Origin: Candidatus Minthosoma caballi
GTDB lineage: Bacteria > Bacteroidota > Bacteroidia > Bacteroidales > Bacteroidaceae
Direction: 5' to 3'
DNA: 64,000 nucleotides
Assembly: GCA_018064505.1 (NCBI GenBank)
Contig: JAGHVC010000024.1
Coordinates: 28,845-92,844 of the forward strand
The translations under genes were made by a program, and so were the position numbers. A model generated the notes under the pieces. It was not told the origin of the DNA and searched no databases. It saw only the letters and a list, made by a program, of their open reading frames with translations. This document shows positions 53,836 through 64,000 of this stretch, in pieces (within the stretch, counting starts at the first letter, position 1; the number at the start of each line of letters is the position of its first letter).

Positions 53836-55212
53836 TCATTCTTTATTCTCTTTGTTCAGCACTATTCGCAAGCCCTCCACTCCTGTGCGACGAGTCATCC
53901 ACTCTTTCAACCGTGAAATTTCTGCTGCTGAAAGCGAAGAAGAAATATCAATGACGGCAACCACCTGCGCAGCGGTTGTATCGGCAGAAGCTACTGCGCC
54001 TTTAGCCATGCTAACCCCCTGAACTTGAGGATAGAGAACTTGCAGTTCAGAGCAGATATTTTTGGCAGAGGACTCTGCGTCATGGTATGCTTGCAACTGC
54101 ATTTCCAGCTCTGCTAAGTGAGCTCGTTGCTGAGAGATAACAGCTTCATTGTCAGTGAGACGAGTATTGCTGTCGTGAATCATGTGGCGGAACTCCTCCG
54201 CATTGATATTTGCCGTGCCTTGCAGCACTTCCATCTGCACACCTTCAAGATCATAATAAGGCAGTTTTTCACGAACGCTCTGCAACTGAGCTGAATCCAC
54301 TTCTGCTCCAATCAGCACCACATTAAACGACTTCGTCTTGAATTCCGTGTGGTGAGACAGCACATGTGTGGAAGGAAACACCATTTCCTTCTTGATGAAA
54401 TTTCGCACTCGCTGCTCAAAATAGCTCTCGTGCACCATTCCGAGCGTGAGCATTATGGCTGGAAGCACTGTGATGATAGCCACTGCATAGATTGTGAACT
54501 TCACCTTTTTTTCACGCGAAGCATCGATGAAGGCTTTCTTCTTGAATCGCATGATAAAAACTGCTCCTATAAATGTGGCGGTCGCAATAAATATCGTATT
54601 GATAACGAAGAGGTAAAGCGCCCCCAGAGCATATGCCCAATTGGCTGTGGCAATGCCAAAACCGACCGTACATAGAGGCGGCATGAGAGCCGTTGCAATT
54701 GCCACGCCAGGAATCACATTGCCAGTGCGCTGGCTGCGGCTGCTCAACGCTACAATGCCTGCCAAACCACCACAAAGAGCAATCAGCACATCATAAATCG
54801 TAGGAGATGTGCGCGCCAGCAACTCACTCTGCGCATCTGCTATCGGAGTGATCAGGAAATACACCGTAGCCGTAACAATACTGAATAGCGTTGCCACAAT
54901 GTAGTTGTGCCAGCTGCGACGCAGAAGTTCAAAGTCGTAAATGCCTGATCCCAAGCCCATTCCTATAATAGGCCCCATGAGTGGCGATATCAGCATCGCA
55001 CCAATAATCACTGCTGCTGAATTGGTATTCAAGCCCAATGAAGCAACGAAAATGGCAAGAATAAGAATCCAAAGCTTTGCTCCACGGAACTGTATTCCTT
55101 GCTTTATGCCTTCTATCACATCTTCTTCACTTGCAGCATCTTCGCCAAGTCCAAACAGATAGTCAAGCTTCCGTTTCATGAACACAGCTATTTCTGTCAA
55201 CGAGTTCTTCAT
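53836..55212 (-). CDS. DUF389 (TIGR00341-like) integral membrane protein
   Basis: 458 aa. LGLNTNSAAVIIGAMLISPLMGPIIGMG is characteristic of DUF389. A candidate -7 box, TACCTTTG, lies at 55252-55259. Confidence 0.7.
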   Translation of the reverse strand: MKNSLTEIAVFMKRKLDYLFGLGEDAASEEDVIEGIKQGIQFRGAKLWILILAIFVASLGLNTNSAAVIIGAMLISPLMGPIIGMGLGSGIYDFELLRRSWHNYIVATLFSIVTATVYFLITPIADAQSELLARTSPTIYDVLIALCGGLAGIVALSSRSQRTGNVIPGVAIATALMPPLCTVGFGIATANWAYALGALYLFVINTIFIATATFIGAVFIMRFKKKAFIDASREKKVKFTIYAVAIITVLPAIMLTLGMVHESYFEQRVRNFIKKEMVFPSTHVLSHHTEFKTKSFNVVLIGAEVDSAQLQSVREKLPYYDLEGVQMEVLQGTANINAEEFRHMIHDSNTRLTDNEAVISQQRAHLAELEMQLQAYHDAESSAKNICSELQVLYPQVQGVSMAKGAVASADTTAAQVVAVIDISSSLSAAEISRLKEWMTRRTGVEGLRIVLNKENKE

Positions 55213-55356
55213 AATAGATTTCTATTTATATTTTACATGTTCGTTTGGTTACAAAGGTATGCATTATTTATGAACACAGCTCTTATATGAACAAAAAAAG
55301 TTTCTTAAAGTTCGTTAAGTAGCACAACAACAGCCTCATTTTTTGCAAAAAATCAC

Positions 55357-55364
55357 TAACTTTG
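55357..55364 (+). promoter_or_regulatory. Candidate -7 box (TAACTTTG) for rubrerythrin
   Basis: Matches TAnnTTTG, 63 nt upstream of the ATG at 55427. Confidence 0.45.
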
Positions 55365-55426
55365 CATAAAGAGATAAAATATCGACTAACATTATTGTTT
55401 AACTAACACAAAAAAAACGAACTAAT

Positions 55427-55990
55427 ATGGCTAAATGGATTTGTCCTGTATGCGGTTATGTTCACGAAGGTGAAGCCGCTCCTGAGCGTTGCCCACAGTG
55501 CAAGGTTCCAGGTTCAAAGTTTAAGAAGATGGAAGAGGGAGCAGCCCTTCAGTTTGTAACAGAGCATGAGCTTGGCATTGCAGACGCTATTCCTCAGACA
55601 GAAGAAGGTGCATTCGTGCTTCAGGGATTGAAGGATCACTTCATGGGTGAGTGCACAGAAGTTGGCATGTATCTCGCAATGAGCCGCCAGGCTGACCGCG
55701 AGGGTTATCCAGAAATAGCAGAAGCATTCAAGCGCTATGCACTTGAGGAGGCTGACCACGCATCTCGTTTCGCAGAAATGCTCGGCGAGGTTGTTTGGGA
55801 CACAAAGACAAATGTTGAGAAGCGCATGCTCGCTGAAGAGGGAGCTTGCAAGGGTAAAATGGAGATTGCAAAGGTGGCTAAGGAGCTCAACCTCGACGCA
55901 ATCCACGACTCTGTTCACGAAATGGCAAAAGACGAGGCTCGTCACGGAGCTGGTTTCCAAGGACTCTTCAATCGCTACTTCAAGAAATAA
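55427..55990 (+). CDS. rbr: Reverse-type rubrerythrin (N-terminal rubredoxin-like Cys4 domain plus ferritin-like diiron domain)
   Basis: 187 aa. The N-terminus has CPVCGY...CPQC. The diiron ligand helices are EC.EVGMY, EEADH, E.GA.KGK, and DEARH. Confidence 0.85.
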   Translation: MAKWICPVCGYVHEGEAAPERCPQCKVPGSKFKKMEEGAALQFVTEHELGIADAIPQTEEGAFVLQGLKDHFMGECTEVGMYLAMSRQADREGYPEIAEAFKRYALEEADHASRFAEMLGEVVWDTKTNVEKRMLAEEGACKGKMEIAKVAKELNLDAIHDSVHEMAKDEARHGAGFQGLFNRYFKK

Positions 55991-56012
55991 AGCACTGCTT
56001 TATCAAAAAAAG

Positions 56013-56057
56013 AATGCCGCAAACAGACTCATCATCTGCTTGCGGCATTTATTTTTC
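56013..56057. terminator. Hairpin terminator between the convergent rbr and ispG genes
   Basis: ATGCCGCAAACAG-N9-CTGCTTGCGGCAT followed by TTATTTTTC on the plus strand and preceded by an A-run. It may act in both directions. Confidence 0.7.
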
Positions 56058-56106
56058 AACATAAATATATCCTGAGGATTGCTATATTTCCTTAGCGCAT
56101 ACAGCT

Positions 56107-57501
56107 TTATTTCAAATCTTCCTCAATGAACTGCATGAGTCTATCAACAGCTTCTACTTCTGGAATGTTTTTCTCAATACACTCCTTACTGCGATAAAGA
56201 CTCACCTTGCCCACTCCTGCTCCTACATAGCCATAATCAGCATCCGCCATTTCTCCAGGTCCGTTCACAATACAGCCCATGATTCCAATCTTGAGAGTAT
56301 TGAATCTAGCATCACTCTTGGCTTTCTCACTCACGGCTTTCTTTATGCGAGCTATAGTTGACTCAAGATTATATAATGTTCGGCCACACCCTGGACAAGA
56401 AATATACTCTGTCTTGGTGAAGCGTACTCTTGCTGCCTGCAAGATTGCATCTGATAGATTTTTCGCGATTTCATCGGAGAAATTAGGATTTTTAAGCACC
56501 AATTCATGAGCGAATCCATCTATCAGTAATGCTCCCGCATCCATCGCTGCCTTGAGTTGGAAATCCTCAAGAACCGCGTCATCATATTCAAGAGTGATTG
56601 TATCAGCAGCTATAGCAGCTTTTGCTACAGCTCGTTTTGCGGCACTTTGTTCCGTATATGCAACAAGCTTGCGTGCAACAGGAATCTCGGCTTCTGGGGC
56701 CTCACTGAGTGACACGCGAATTGTGTCGCCAATACCTTCTGCCAACAATGCTCCGATGCCAACAGCACTCTTAATACGGCCATCTTCGCCCTCGCCTGCC
56801 TCTGTAACTCCCATATGCAAAGGGAATGCCATACCTTCACTATCCATGACTTTGACAAGAAGGCGCACCGTGCGCACCATGACAACAGTATTGCTTGCCT
56901 TGATGCTTATCACCACATCGTTGAAGTTTTCTTTCACGCAAATACGGAGAAACTCCATGCAAGATTCCACAATACCTTCTGGAGTATCTCCATAACGAGA
57001 CATAATGCGATCGCTGAGTGAACCATGATTTACGCCTATACGAACAGCGGTATTATGTTCCTTGCAAATATTGAGGAAAGGTACAAACTTTGCTTCAATC
57101 CTCTTGATTTCATCGGCATACTCCTCGTCTGTGTATTCAAGATGCTTGAATGTACGACCCGGATCAACATAATTGCCAGGATTGACACGCACTTTTTCCA
57201 CAATTGCAGCAGCAGTGTCGGCAACAGCAGCATTGAAATGCACATCTGCCACAAGAGGAACAGTATACCCATCTCTGCGAAGGCCATCACGAATTGCTTG
57301 CATGTTCAAAGCTTCGCGCTGTCCCTGAGTGGTGAAACGGACAATTTCACCACCAGCATCAACAATTCGCTTAGCTTGCGCAATGCTGCCTTCTGTGTCC
57401 ATTGTGGATGTGTTTGCCATCGACTGAACACGAATAGGATTGTCACCGCCAAGCAACACTCCGCCAACATTGACAACTGAACTATTTCTTCTTTTGTACA
57501 T
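56107..57501 (-). CDS. ispG: 4-hydroxy-3-methylbut-2-en-1-yl diphosphate synthase (IspG/GcpE) with an inserted domain
   Basis: NPIRVQSMANT, VRFTTQG, ADVHF, RVNPGN, and C-terminal CPGCGRT...GCIVNGPGE (Fe-S cluster Cys ligands). I prefer the start MYKRRNS (ATG 57501), because the track start at 57558 would overlap purE. Confidence 0.9.
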   Translation of the reverse strand: MYKRRNSSVVNVGGVLLGGDNPIRVQSMANTSTMDTEGSIAQAKRIVDAGGEIVRFTTQGQREALNMQAIRDGLRRDGYTVPLVADVHFNAAVADTAAAIVEKVRVNPGNYVDPGRTFKHLEYTDEEYADEIKRIEAKFVPFLNICKEHNTAVRIGVNHGSLSDRIMSRYGDTPEGIVESCMEFLRICVKENFNDVVISIKASNTVVMVRTVRLLVKVMDSEGMAFPLHMGVTEAGEGEDGRIKSAVGIGALLAEGIGDTIRVSLSEAPEAEIPVARKLVAYTEQSAAKRAVAKAAIAADTITLEYDDAVLEDFQLKAAMDAGALLIDGFAHELVLKNPNFSDEIAKNLSDAILQAARVRFTKTEYISCPGCGRTLYNLESTIARIKKAVSEKAKSDARFNTLKIGIMGCIVNGPGEMADADYGYVGAGVGKVSLYRSKECIEKNIPEVEAVDRLMQFIEEDLK

Positions 57502-57548
57502 TCTTTCTTTGTTTAATAAAAGAACTGATTTTGTATTAATAATGTGGA

Positions 57549-58058
57549 TTAGTTGCACTTGAAGTTAAACTTCACTTCTTTCAAATCTTCATTCGCCTTT
57601 TCAATCTTCTTGCGAAGACCATTCTTGTAAGCTGCGAACTTTTCTGCAAGAGCATCATCGCTAAGAGCAAGCATCTGCACAGCAAGGATACCTGCATTGA
57701 GAGCGCCATTAATTGCAACTGTTGCAACAGGAATTCCTGGAGGCATCTGAAGCATAGAATACACAGCATCAACTCCATCAAGCACGCTACCCTTTACTGG
57801 CACACCAATAACTGGCAATGTTGTGCTTGCAGCAATAACTCCTGGAAGAGCAGCCGCCATACCGGCACCTGCAATGATCACTTTGATTCCCCTATCCTTT
57901 GCGCCCTTGGCAAAAGCCTCAACTGCATCTGGAGTACGGTGAGCACTCAGCGCATTGATTTCAAACGGAATCTCCATTTCATCGAAGAACTTAGCAGCTT
58001 TTTCCATTACTGGAAGATCAGAAGTGCTGCCCATGATAATTGACACAATTGGTTTCAT
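57549..58058 (-). CDS. purE: 5-(carboxyamino)imidazole ribonucleotide mutase
   Basis: 169 aa. IIMGSTSDLPVM...SAHRTP...IIAGAGMAAALPG are PurE signatures. Confidence 0.92.
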   Translation of the reverse strand: MKPIVSIIMGSTSDLPVMEKAAKFFDEMEIPFEINALSAHRTPDAVEAFAKGAKDRGIKVIIAGAGMAAALPGVIAASTTLPVIGVPVKGSVLDGVDAVYSMLQMPPGIPVATVAINGALNAGILAVQMLALSDDALAEKFAAYKNGLRKKIEKANEDLKEVKFNFKCN

Positions 58059-58238
58059 AAGTAATTGTAGTCCCTTCCCACACTCTCTCTTGCGAGGATA
58101 GAAGCGTATTATTCGACACCACCTAAGATAGGTCTGAAGGGCAATTTAAGTGTTTATAATTATTGTAATAATATCATATTGAGTATTCTCATCTCTTGCA
58201 ATCTCCTCTCTTTGCGTGGCAAGAGAAAGGAAGCATTC

Positions 58239-58862
58239 TTACATCCAACTGATAAGGATAAATGTCATCGTGCAAATATAGCCAATGGCAAATCCTACCA
58301 ACACTTGCGCCAGTGAATGCTGACGGAGGATAATTCGGCTTGTTCCTAAAGCTCCTGACAAAAGGAGCAACCCACAGAAAGGCCACACTGGATTATAATA
58401 GAACAATATGCTGAATGCATTTAATGCTCCAACCAAACCTCCCATTCCTACCATGTGAGTACTGACTTTCCACCACGCATTCACCGTCACACAAACAATC
58501 TGAGCTATCAGCGCAGACATCACAATACCACGGAAGAACATTGCCGTGTTAAGCTTCGTCATTATGACTAAGCAAGCCGCATAGCTAATCAGCGTAACCA
58601 CATACGGCATGTGACGATGCTCTCGGTGGCTAAGTTGCCAGTGTGTCCATCTCTTAAAAATACGGAACACATTGATTCCCATATGAGGGATAAACACCGT
58701 GAACACATACACGAGCAGAAGTATGAAGAACTTATACCCCCAAGGCAGCATGCGCAAATAGCTGAACACGAACAGCCCAAATATCACCCATATTGGCGCA
58801 TACAGAGGCGAGAACAGCGTAGAAAGAACTTTTGCTATTTGTATAAGCCTTTTTTCACTCAT
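58239..58862 (-). CDS. PAP2-superfamily membrane phosphatase-like protein
   Basis: 207 aa with about six TM helices. Degenerate PAP2 motifs are SHREHRHMP, STH, and SRIILRQHSLAQV. Confidence 0.55.
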   Translation of the reverse strand: MSEKRLIQIAKVLSTLFSPLYAPIWVIFGLFVFSYLRMLPWGYKFFILLLVYVFTVFIPHMGINVFRIFKRWTHWQLSHREHRHMPYVVTLISYAACLVIMTKLNTAMFFRGIVMSALIAQIVCVTVNAWWKVSTHMVGMGGLVGALNAFSILFYYNPVWPFCGLLLLSGALGTSRIILRQHSLAQVLVGFAIGYICTMTFILISWM

Positions 58863-58924
58863 ATATATTTGTCCTATAATGCTTTTCTGATTTTCTTAAT
58901 CTATAATCTATACACTTTCGACTA

Positions 58925-60436
58925 TCATGCTTGCCGATCAGCAACCGGAGGAATTCCAAGCTCGTTCCTATACTTCGCCACTGTTCTTCTCGCCAATGCA
59001 ATTCCTTTTGCTTTCATCAGCTCTGCCAGCTGGTCGTCAGTGTATGGGTATGACTTATCCTCATGTTCAATGATTTCTGACAGCAATTGCGTCACTTGCT
59101 GCTTATCGACCTCTTTGCCTTGAGCATTCTTGCGAGTAAGTTTAAAGAACTCTTCCAGCTTGTAAATGCGTCCATCCAACAATGCGCACTTTGACTTGCA
59201 GACTCTCGAAACTGTCGAGATATCATATCCCGACAGTTCAGCAACATCCTTCAGCACCATGCGCTTTTTGTCGTTCTCATCCTTGGAGAGAATGAATGGC
59301 CGCTGCAAATGTATGATTGCCTTCATTGTTTCATAAAGAGTGCGGCGTCGCTGCTTTACAGATTCTATAAACATTTGAGCTGCTTCCACCTTCTCTTTAG
59401 TGTATTGAAGTCCTTCTTTCTCACTTCTGGACAGCTTGCGCGTGTTTGCTTGCAACATCTTCATCTGCTCCACATAATCACGACGCACATGAAGCCTTGG
59501 AACATCACCACTATTCAATCGCAATTCTATTCCGCCTTCCGGGTCGGTTTCCACGATGAAATCGGGTATTTGTGTCTCCACGCGGGAACTTTCCGACTCT
59601 GCAAGTGCTAATCCTGGATTAACATTCAACTTTTTCAAAGCATCAAAGACTGCATTGACAGCAACTTCATTCAGCTTCAGCTCAGACTTCAGCTTTTCTT
59701 TGTTTTTATTCAAGAACAAATTGAAATAATCAGAGACAATCGAACGCTGAAGCAACAAAAAGCGTTCTTGCATTTCTGAAACAGGAATATCCTCATCAAG
59801 CTGACGGTCAATCTGCAAAAGCAAGCACTCCTGCACATTTCTAGCACCTATGCCTGGAGGATCAAAGCTCTGAAGCACTTTTAGCAAATCCTCCACATAT
59901 TGCTCATCTACATCTATATATTCCTTGAAAGACAGTTCATCAACAATTGTCGAGATTGGCAAATCAATGAATCCTCTGTTATCCAGCAAGCCTATTAAGT
60001 AGCGAAGCACCTGCTGCTGAACCTCGTCAAGGTCGTAATTCACAATTTGTGATTCGAGATACTCTATAAATGAACCGCTATCTCCCAAAGGCAAATCATT
60101 GCGCTCATCCACGCCGTTATTCACTTTGTAAACAGGCAAGTCACCATCATCAAAACCAGAAGCTAATTCCTGATAATCAGAATCACTGTATGGATCTTCT
60201 CCCGTATCATTTTCTTCCATTTCATCGGAGGAATCTGCACTTTTCGAATCCATATCAATATCATCATCATAAGCACCTTCTTCCAAAGCAGGGTTTTCCA
60301 CCATCTCTTTCTTGACACTTTCCTCGTAATCGCCAATAGACAATTCCAACAACTTCACCAGCTGAAGTTGCTGCAGAGACAGCTTCATCTGCTGTTCCTG
60401 TTTCTGCACTTGTATTTGCGTCTGGGATTGAACCAT
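58925..60436 (-). CDS. rpoN: RNA polymerase sigma-54 factor
   Basis: 503 aa. It has a Gln-rich N-terminus (QTQIQVQKQEQQMKLSLQQLQL). The C-terminal RpoN box is ARRTVAKYRNELGIP. Confidence 0.92.
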   Translation of the reverse strand: MVQSQTQIQVQKQEQQMKLSLQQLQLVKLLELSIGDYEESVKKEMVENPALEEGAYDDDIDMDSKSADSSDEMEENDTGEDPYSDSDYQELASGFDDGDLPVYKVNNGVDERNDLPLGDSGSFIEYLESQIVNYDLDEVQQQVLRYLIGLLDNRGFIDLPISTIVDELSFKEYIDVDEQYVEDLLKVLQSFDPPGIGARNVQECLLLQIDRQLDEDIPVSEMQERFLLLQRSIVSDYFNLFLNKNKEKLKSELKLNEVAVNAVFDALKKLNVNPGLALAESESSRVETQIPDFIVETDPEGGIELRLNSGDVPRLHVRRDYVEQMKMLQANTRKLSRSEKEGLQYTKEKVEAAQMFIESVKQRRRTLYETMKAIIHLQRPFILSKDENDKKRMVLKDVAELSGYDISTVSRVCKSKCALLDGRIYKLEEFFKLTRKNAQGKEVDKQQVTQLLSEIIEHEDKSYPYTDDQLAELMKAKGIALARRTVAKYRNELGIPPVADRQA

Positions 60437-60467
60437 GAAAAAAACTTGCTATAAGAATAATTATATG

Positions 60468-60475
60468 CAAAGTTA
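60468..60475 (-). promoter_or_regulatory. Candidate -7 box (TAACTTTG) for rpoN
   Basis: The reverse strand reads TAACTTTG, 31 nt upstream of the ATG at 60436. Confidence 0.45.
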
Positions 60476-60520
60476 TGCAAAAAGGTTCATTAAACAACAA
60501 AAGGAATGAAAAAAATTACT

Positions 60521-60528
60521 TAAATTTG
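60521..60528 (+). promoter_or_regulatory. Candidate -7 box (TAAATTTG) for dnaE
   Basis: Matches TAnnTTTG, 22 nt upstream of the ATG at 60550. Confidence 0.45.
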
Positions 60529-60549
60529 CAACATAATAAATTATTATCA

Positions 60550-63500
60550 TGGAAGATTTCATACATCTGCATGTTCACACGCATTTCTCCGTTCTTGACG
60601 GAATGTCAAAGATTGACGCGCTTGTTGATAAGGCTATAGAGAACGGGATGAAGGGAATGGCCCTGACCGACCATGGAAACATGTTCGGCATCAAGGAGTT
60701 ATTTGACTATTGCAGTAAAGTAAACAAAGGGAGGAAGAAAGAGGGACTTGAGCCATTCAAACCGATTTTCGGTTGCGAAATGTATGTGGCTCGCCGAAAC
60801 AAAGAAGACATGGTAGCTGCTATGGGTGATCGTAGCGGTAATCACCTAATTGTATTAGCAAAGAACAAAAACGGATACAAGAATCTCATTCGTCTTGTGT
60901 CTCGCGCATGGGTCGACGGAAACTACATTCGTCCACGAACAGACAAAAAAGATCTTGCCTTGTTCCATGAGGACTTGATAGTATGCTCTGCCTGTCTTGC
61001 TGGCGAGCCTCAGGAACTGATTAGGCGAGCTCTTAGAAGGGAAAGATTTGCTAATGAGGCATTATCGCCCGAAGAACTTTTTGCAAAGGCGGATGCTGCT
61101 GTAAAATGGTACAAGGACACTTTTGGCGACGACTATTACATGGAGTTGATGCGCCACGAAGTGACAGATCCTACAGTCAGAGCAAACAGAGAAACATACG
61201 AAGAACAGAAAGTGATTGAGCCATACCTTATTGAATTGGCGAAGAAGTACAATGTGAAACTCGTGTGCTCAAACGATGCTCACTTTGTGAATGCTGACGA
61301 TGCTGAGGCGCATGAACGACTGCTGTGTATCAGCACGGGCAAACGCATTGAGGAGCAACACATGCTGTACTCTAAGCAAGAGTGGTTCAAGACAAAGGAG
61401 GAGATGAATGAAATCTTCAAGGACATTCCTGAAGCTCTGAGCAACACTTTGGAGATTCTTGACAAGGTTGAGACTTACGACATCGAAAGCGACCCAATCA
61501 TGCCATTTTTCCCTATACCTGAGGAATTTGGCACAGAGGAAGAATGGAGGAAGAAATACACAGAAGAAGATCTGTTCCGTGAATTCACTTCTGACGAGAA
61601 TGGGGAGAATCAGCTGCCAGAGGAAGACGGCATCAAGAAGATAAAGAAGCTGGGGGGATATGAGAAGATATACAGAATAAAGTTTGAAGCAGACTACCTT
61701 GCAAAGCTTGCATACGAAGGCGCGCAGAGAATATACGGTTCTGGCACTTCGGATAATCTCACAGCTGCCACTCTTATAAAAGGCTCATACGGCATTCCAC
61801 CAGAGGTGGAGGACAGAATTAGATTCGAGCTGCACATCATGAAGACGATGGGATTCCCTGGCTACTTCCTTATTGTGTCTGACTTCATTAACTCTGCTCG
61901 CGAAGAACTCGGCGTGTGGGTAGGGCCAGGGCGTGGATCTGCTGCGGGATCAGTTGTAGCATACTGCTTAGGCATAACAAAACTTGACCCTTTGAAGTAT
62001 GACCTTCTGTTCGAGCGTTTCCTCAATCCTGACCGTATTTCTCTCCCTGATATTGATACCGATTTCGATGATGACGGGCGAGGCAGAGTGCTGCAATGGG
62101 TGATGGATAAATATGGACATGAGAACTGTGCTCATATCATCACTTACGGATCAATGGCGGCAAAGAACTCCATCAAGGATGTGGCACGAGTACAAGACAT
62201 TCCTCTGCCGGTTGTGAACGGATGGTGTAAAGCCATGCCTGACCGCTTGCCCGATGGAATGAAACCGAAGCTTAAGAATTATCTGCAATGCACTCCAGAG
62301 CTGAAACAAGCCTCAACATCTTTAGTAGAAAAAGAACGAGACACCATAAAATTCGCAACGAAGCTTGAAGGAACAGTAAGAAACACGGGCATTCACGCAT
62401 GCGGTTTCATCATTTGCCGCGACCCTATCTCTGACCATGTCCCTGTTTCAACTGCAGATGACCCGGACTTCCCTAACATAAAAACTGCTGTAACTCAGTA
62501 TGATGGACATGTTATAGAATCTACAGGTCTCATCAAGATGGACTTCCTCGGACTTAAAACTCTTTCGGAAATGAAAGAATGCGTCAAGCTGGTGAAGCAG
62601 ACACTAGGAGAGGATGTGGATCTTGACCACATTCCTATAGATGACGAACTGACATATAAACTTTATCAAGAAGGCAAAACTATAGGAACATTCCAGTTTG
62701 AGTCGGCCGGCATGCAGAAGTACCTCAAAGAACTTCACCCAACTGTGTTTGAGGACCTTATAGCCATGAACGCCCTGTATCGACCAGGGCCTATGGACTA
62801 CATTCCTTCGTTCATTGCACGCAAAAACGGCAGAGAGGAGATTTCATACGATATCGACTGTATGGAAAAATACCTCAAGGACACATGCGGCATCACTGTC
62901 TATCAGGAGCAAGTCATGCTGCTCTCACGACAACTTGCAGACTTCACCCGTGGACAATCTGATGCATTACGCAAGGCGATGGGTAAGAAGAAGAAGGACA
63001 TTGTAGATCAAATGAAACCAATGTTCATCGAAGGCGGAATGAAAAACGGCCACGATCCAAAGATTCTCGAGAAGATATGGGCAGACTGGGAGAAATTTGC
63101 ATCGTATGCGTTCAACAAGTCGCACGCTGCTTGCTACTCGTGGGTGGCATACCAGACAGCATACCTCAAGGCGCACTATCCAGCACAGTTCCTTGCAGCT
63201 CTCATGACTCGAAGAAAGTCCGACATCAAGGAGATAACAAAACTGATGGACGAGTGCAAGACTATGGACATAGACACGCTGGGACCTGACTTGAATGAAT
63301 CGTTCACCGACTTCAGCGTCAACAAGAAAGGCGAAGTGCGTTTTGGACTTGGTGGCATCAAAGGTGTGGGAGAAAATGGCGTACAAGCCATTGTAGAGGA
63401 AAGAGAGAAGAATGGCCCATACAAATCCATATTTGATTTCGTGGAGCGAGTGAACCTTTCTGCATGTAACCGAAAGAGCATTGAAAACCTTATTCTTGCC

Positions 63501-64000
63501 GGTGCATTTGACAGCTTCGGAGTGAAGAGAGAGATGTTCTTCGTGCCAACTAATGCTAAAGGCGAGACTTTCCTCGACCAATTCATACGATACGGACAAA
63601 AGTTCCAAATCGACAAGCAAAATGCGAAAAGATCATTGTTTGGCGACGATTTCATCGAGGTTTCTCACCCATTAGAGCCGAAAGGTTTTACGGAATGGAG
63701 TGCAATAGAAAGGCTGAACAAAGAGCGCGAATTGGTAGGCATATACCTTTCTGCCCACCCTTTGGATGAGTATGCAGTAGTATTGGAACATGTATGCAAC
63801 ACTAAGTTTATTCAGCTTGAGAAGAAGGAAGAACTGAAAGACTTAGACGACATCACATTAGGCGGTATTGTGACAGGCATCCGTCTCGGCACATCAAGGA
63901 ATGGCAATCCTTACGGCATTGTACGAATGGAGGACTTCAGCGGAACGGGAGAGATAGCCATATTTGGAAGAGACTGGCTCGATTTCCACAACTCATTTAT
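60550..64000 (+). CDS. dnaE: DNA polymerase III alpha subunit; the N-terminal ~1150 codons are present and the gene runs off the window end
   Basis: Absent from the ORF track because there is no in-window stop. Manual translation gives MEDFIHLHVHTHFSVLDGMSKIDALVDKAIENGMKGMALTDHGNMFGIKE (PHP domain). Later motifs are GPGRGSAAGS, LFERFLNPDRISLPDIDTDF, and AMNALYRPGP. Confidence 0.92.

Noticed and set aside
1-64000. A search for tRNA, rRNA, tmRNA, RNase P or SRP RNA genes in the ORF-free gaps (15897-16061, 23897-24250, 24905-25750, 30338-31278, 38920-39266, 43171-43580, 52926-53163, 53557-53835).
   Set aside because: None of these gaps shows a GGTTCGAATCC-type T-arm, the RNase P GGAAAGTCC box or other hallmark strings. 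The gaps are accounted for by promoters, terminators and the repeat families described. A covariance-model scan would be needed to be certain.

Overview
This 64-kb window looks like a chromosomal segment of a Bacteroidota (Bacteroidales) genome. The support is a porP-gldKLMN type IX secretion operon, many Bacteroides-type TAnnTTTG -7 promoter boxes about 20-75 nt upstream of start codons, and a thrA / iPGM-like / thrC operon. Most of the window is housekeeping: priA, etfBA plus an acyl-CoA dehydrogenase, thr operon, T9SS core, cysS, ispG, purE, rpoN, dnaE. Two large genes run off the window edges and are missing from the ORF track: a GH35-like beta-galactosidase (1-1795, minus strand) and dnaE (60550-64000, plus strand). 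Both were found by manual translation. The accessory part lies at about 16-35.5 kb. It contains a VanW / methyltransferase-fusion operon and an AT-rich island of five secreted or lipoprotein genes. It also contains a higBA toxin-antitoxin pair inside a 1.66-kb cassette bounded by inverted repeats. A visibly GC-richer block follows, with a T9SS-sorted PL11 rhamnogalacturonan lyase, an FAD oxidoreductase, a PHP phosphatase, and an MBOAT + 2x SGNH O-acetylation cluster. The most unusual signals are non-coding, and there are four repeat families. (1) Two elements bounded by inverted repeats and packed with GGGTAAGT motifs; one carries higBA and the other is 0.5 kb with no credible gene. (2) A 60-90-nt AT-rich element with palindromic TTAATCG cores and hexamer-periodic flanks, present 3.5 times directly upstream of genes in the GC-rich block. 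(3) A ~90-bp Y-shaped palindromic element in three copies whose inner arms occur in both orientations relative to asymmetric outer ends. (4) A short CTTAAGAACT intergenic repeat. I found no rRNA, tRNA, CRISPR array, transposase or integrase. All homology calls come from motif recognition by eye, and no database search was run.
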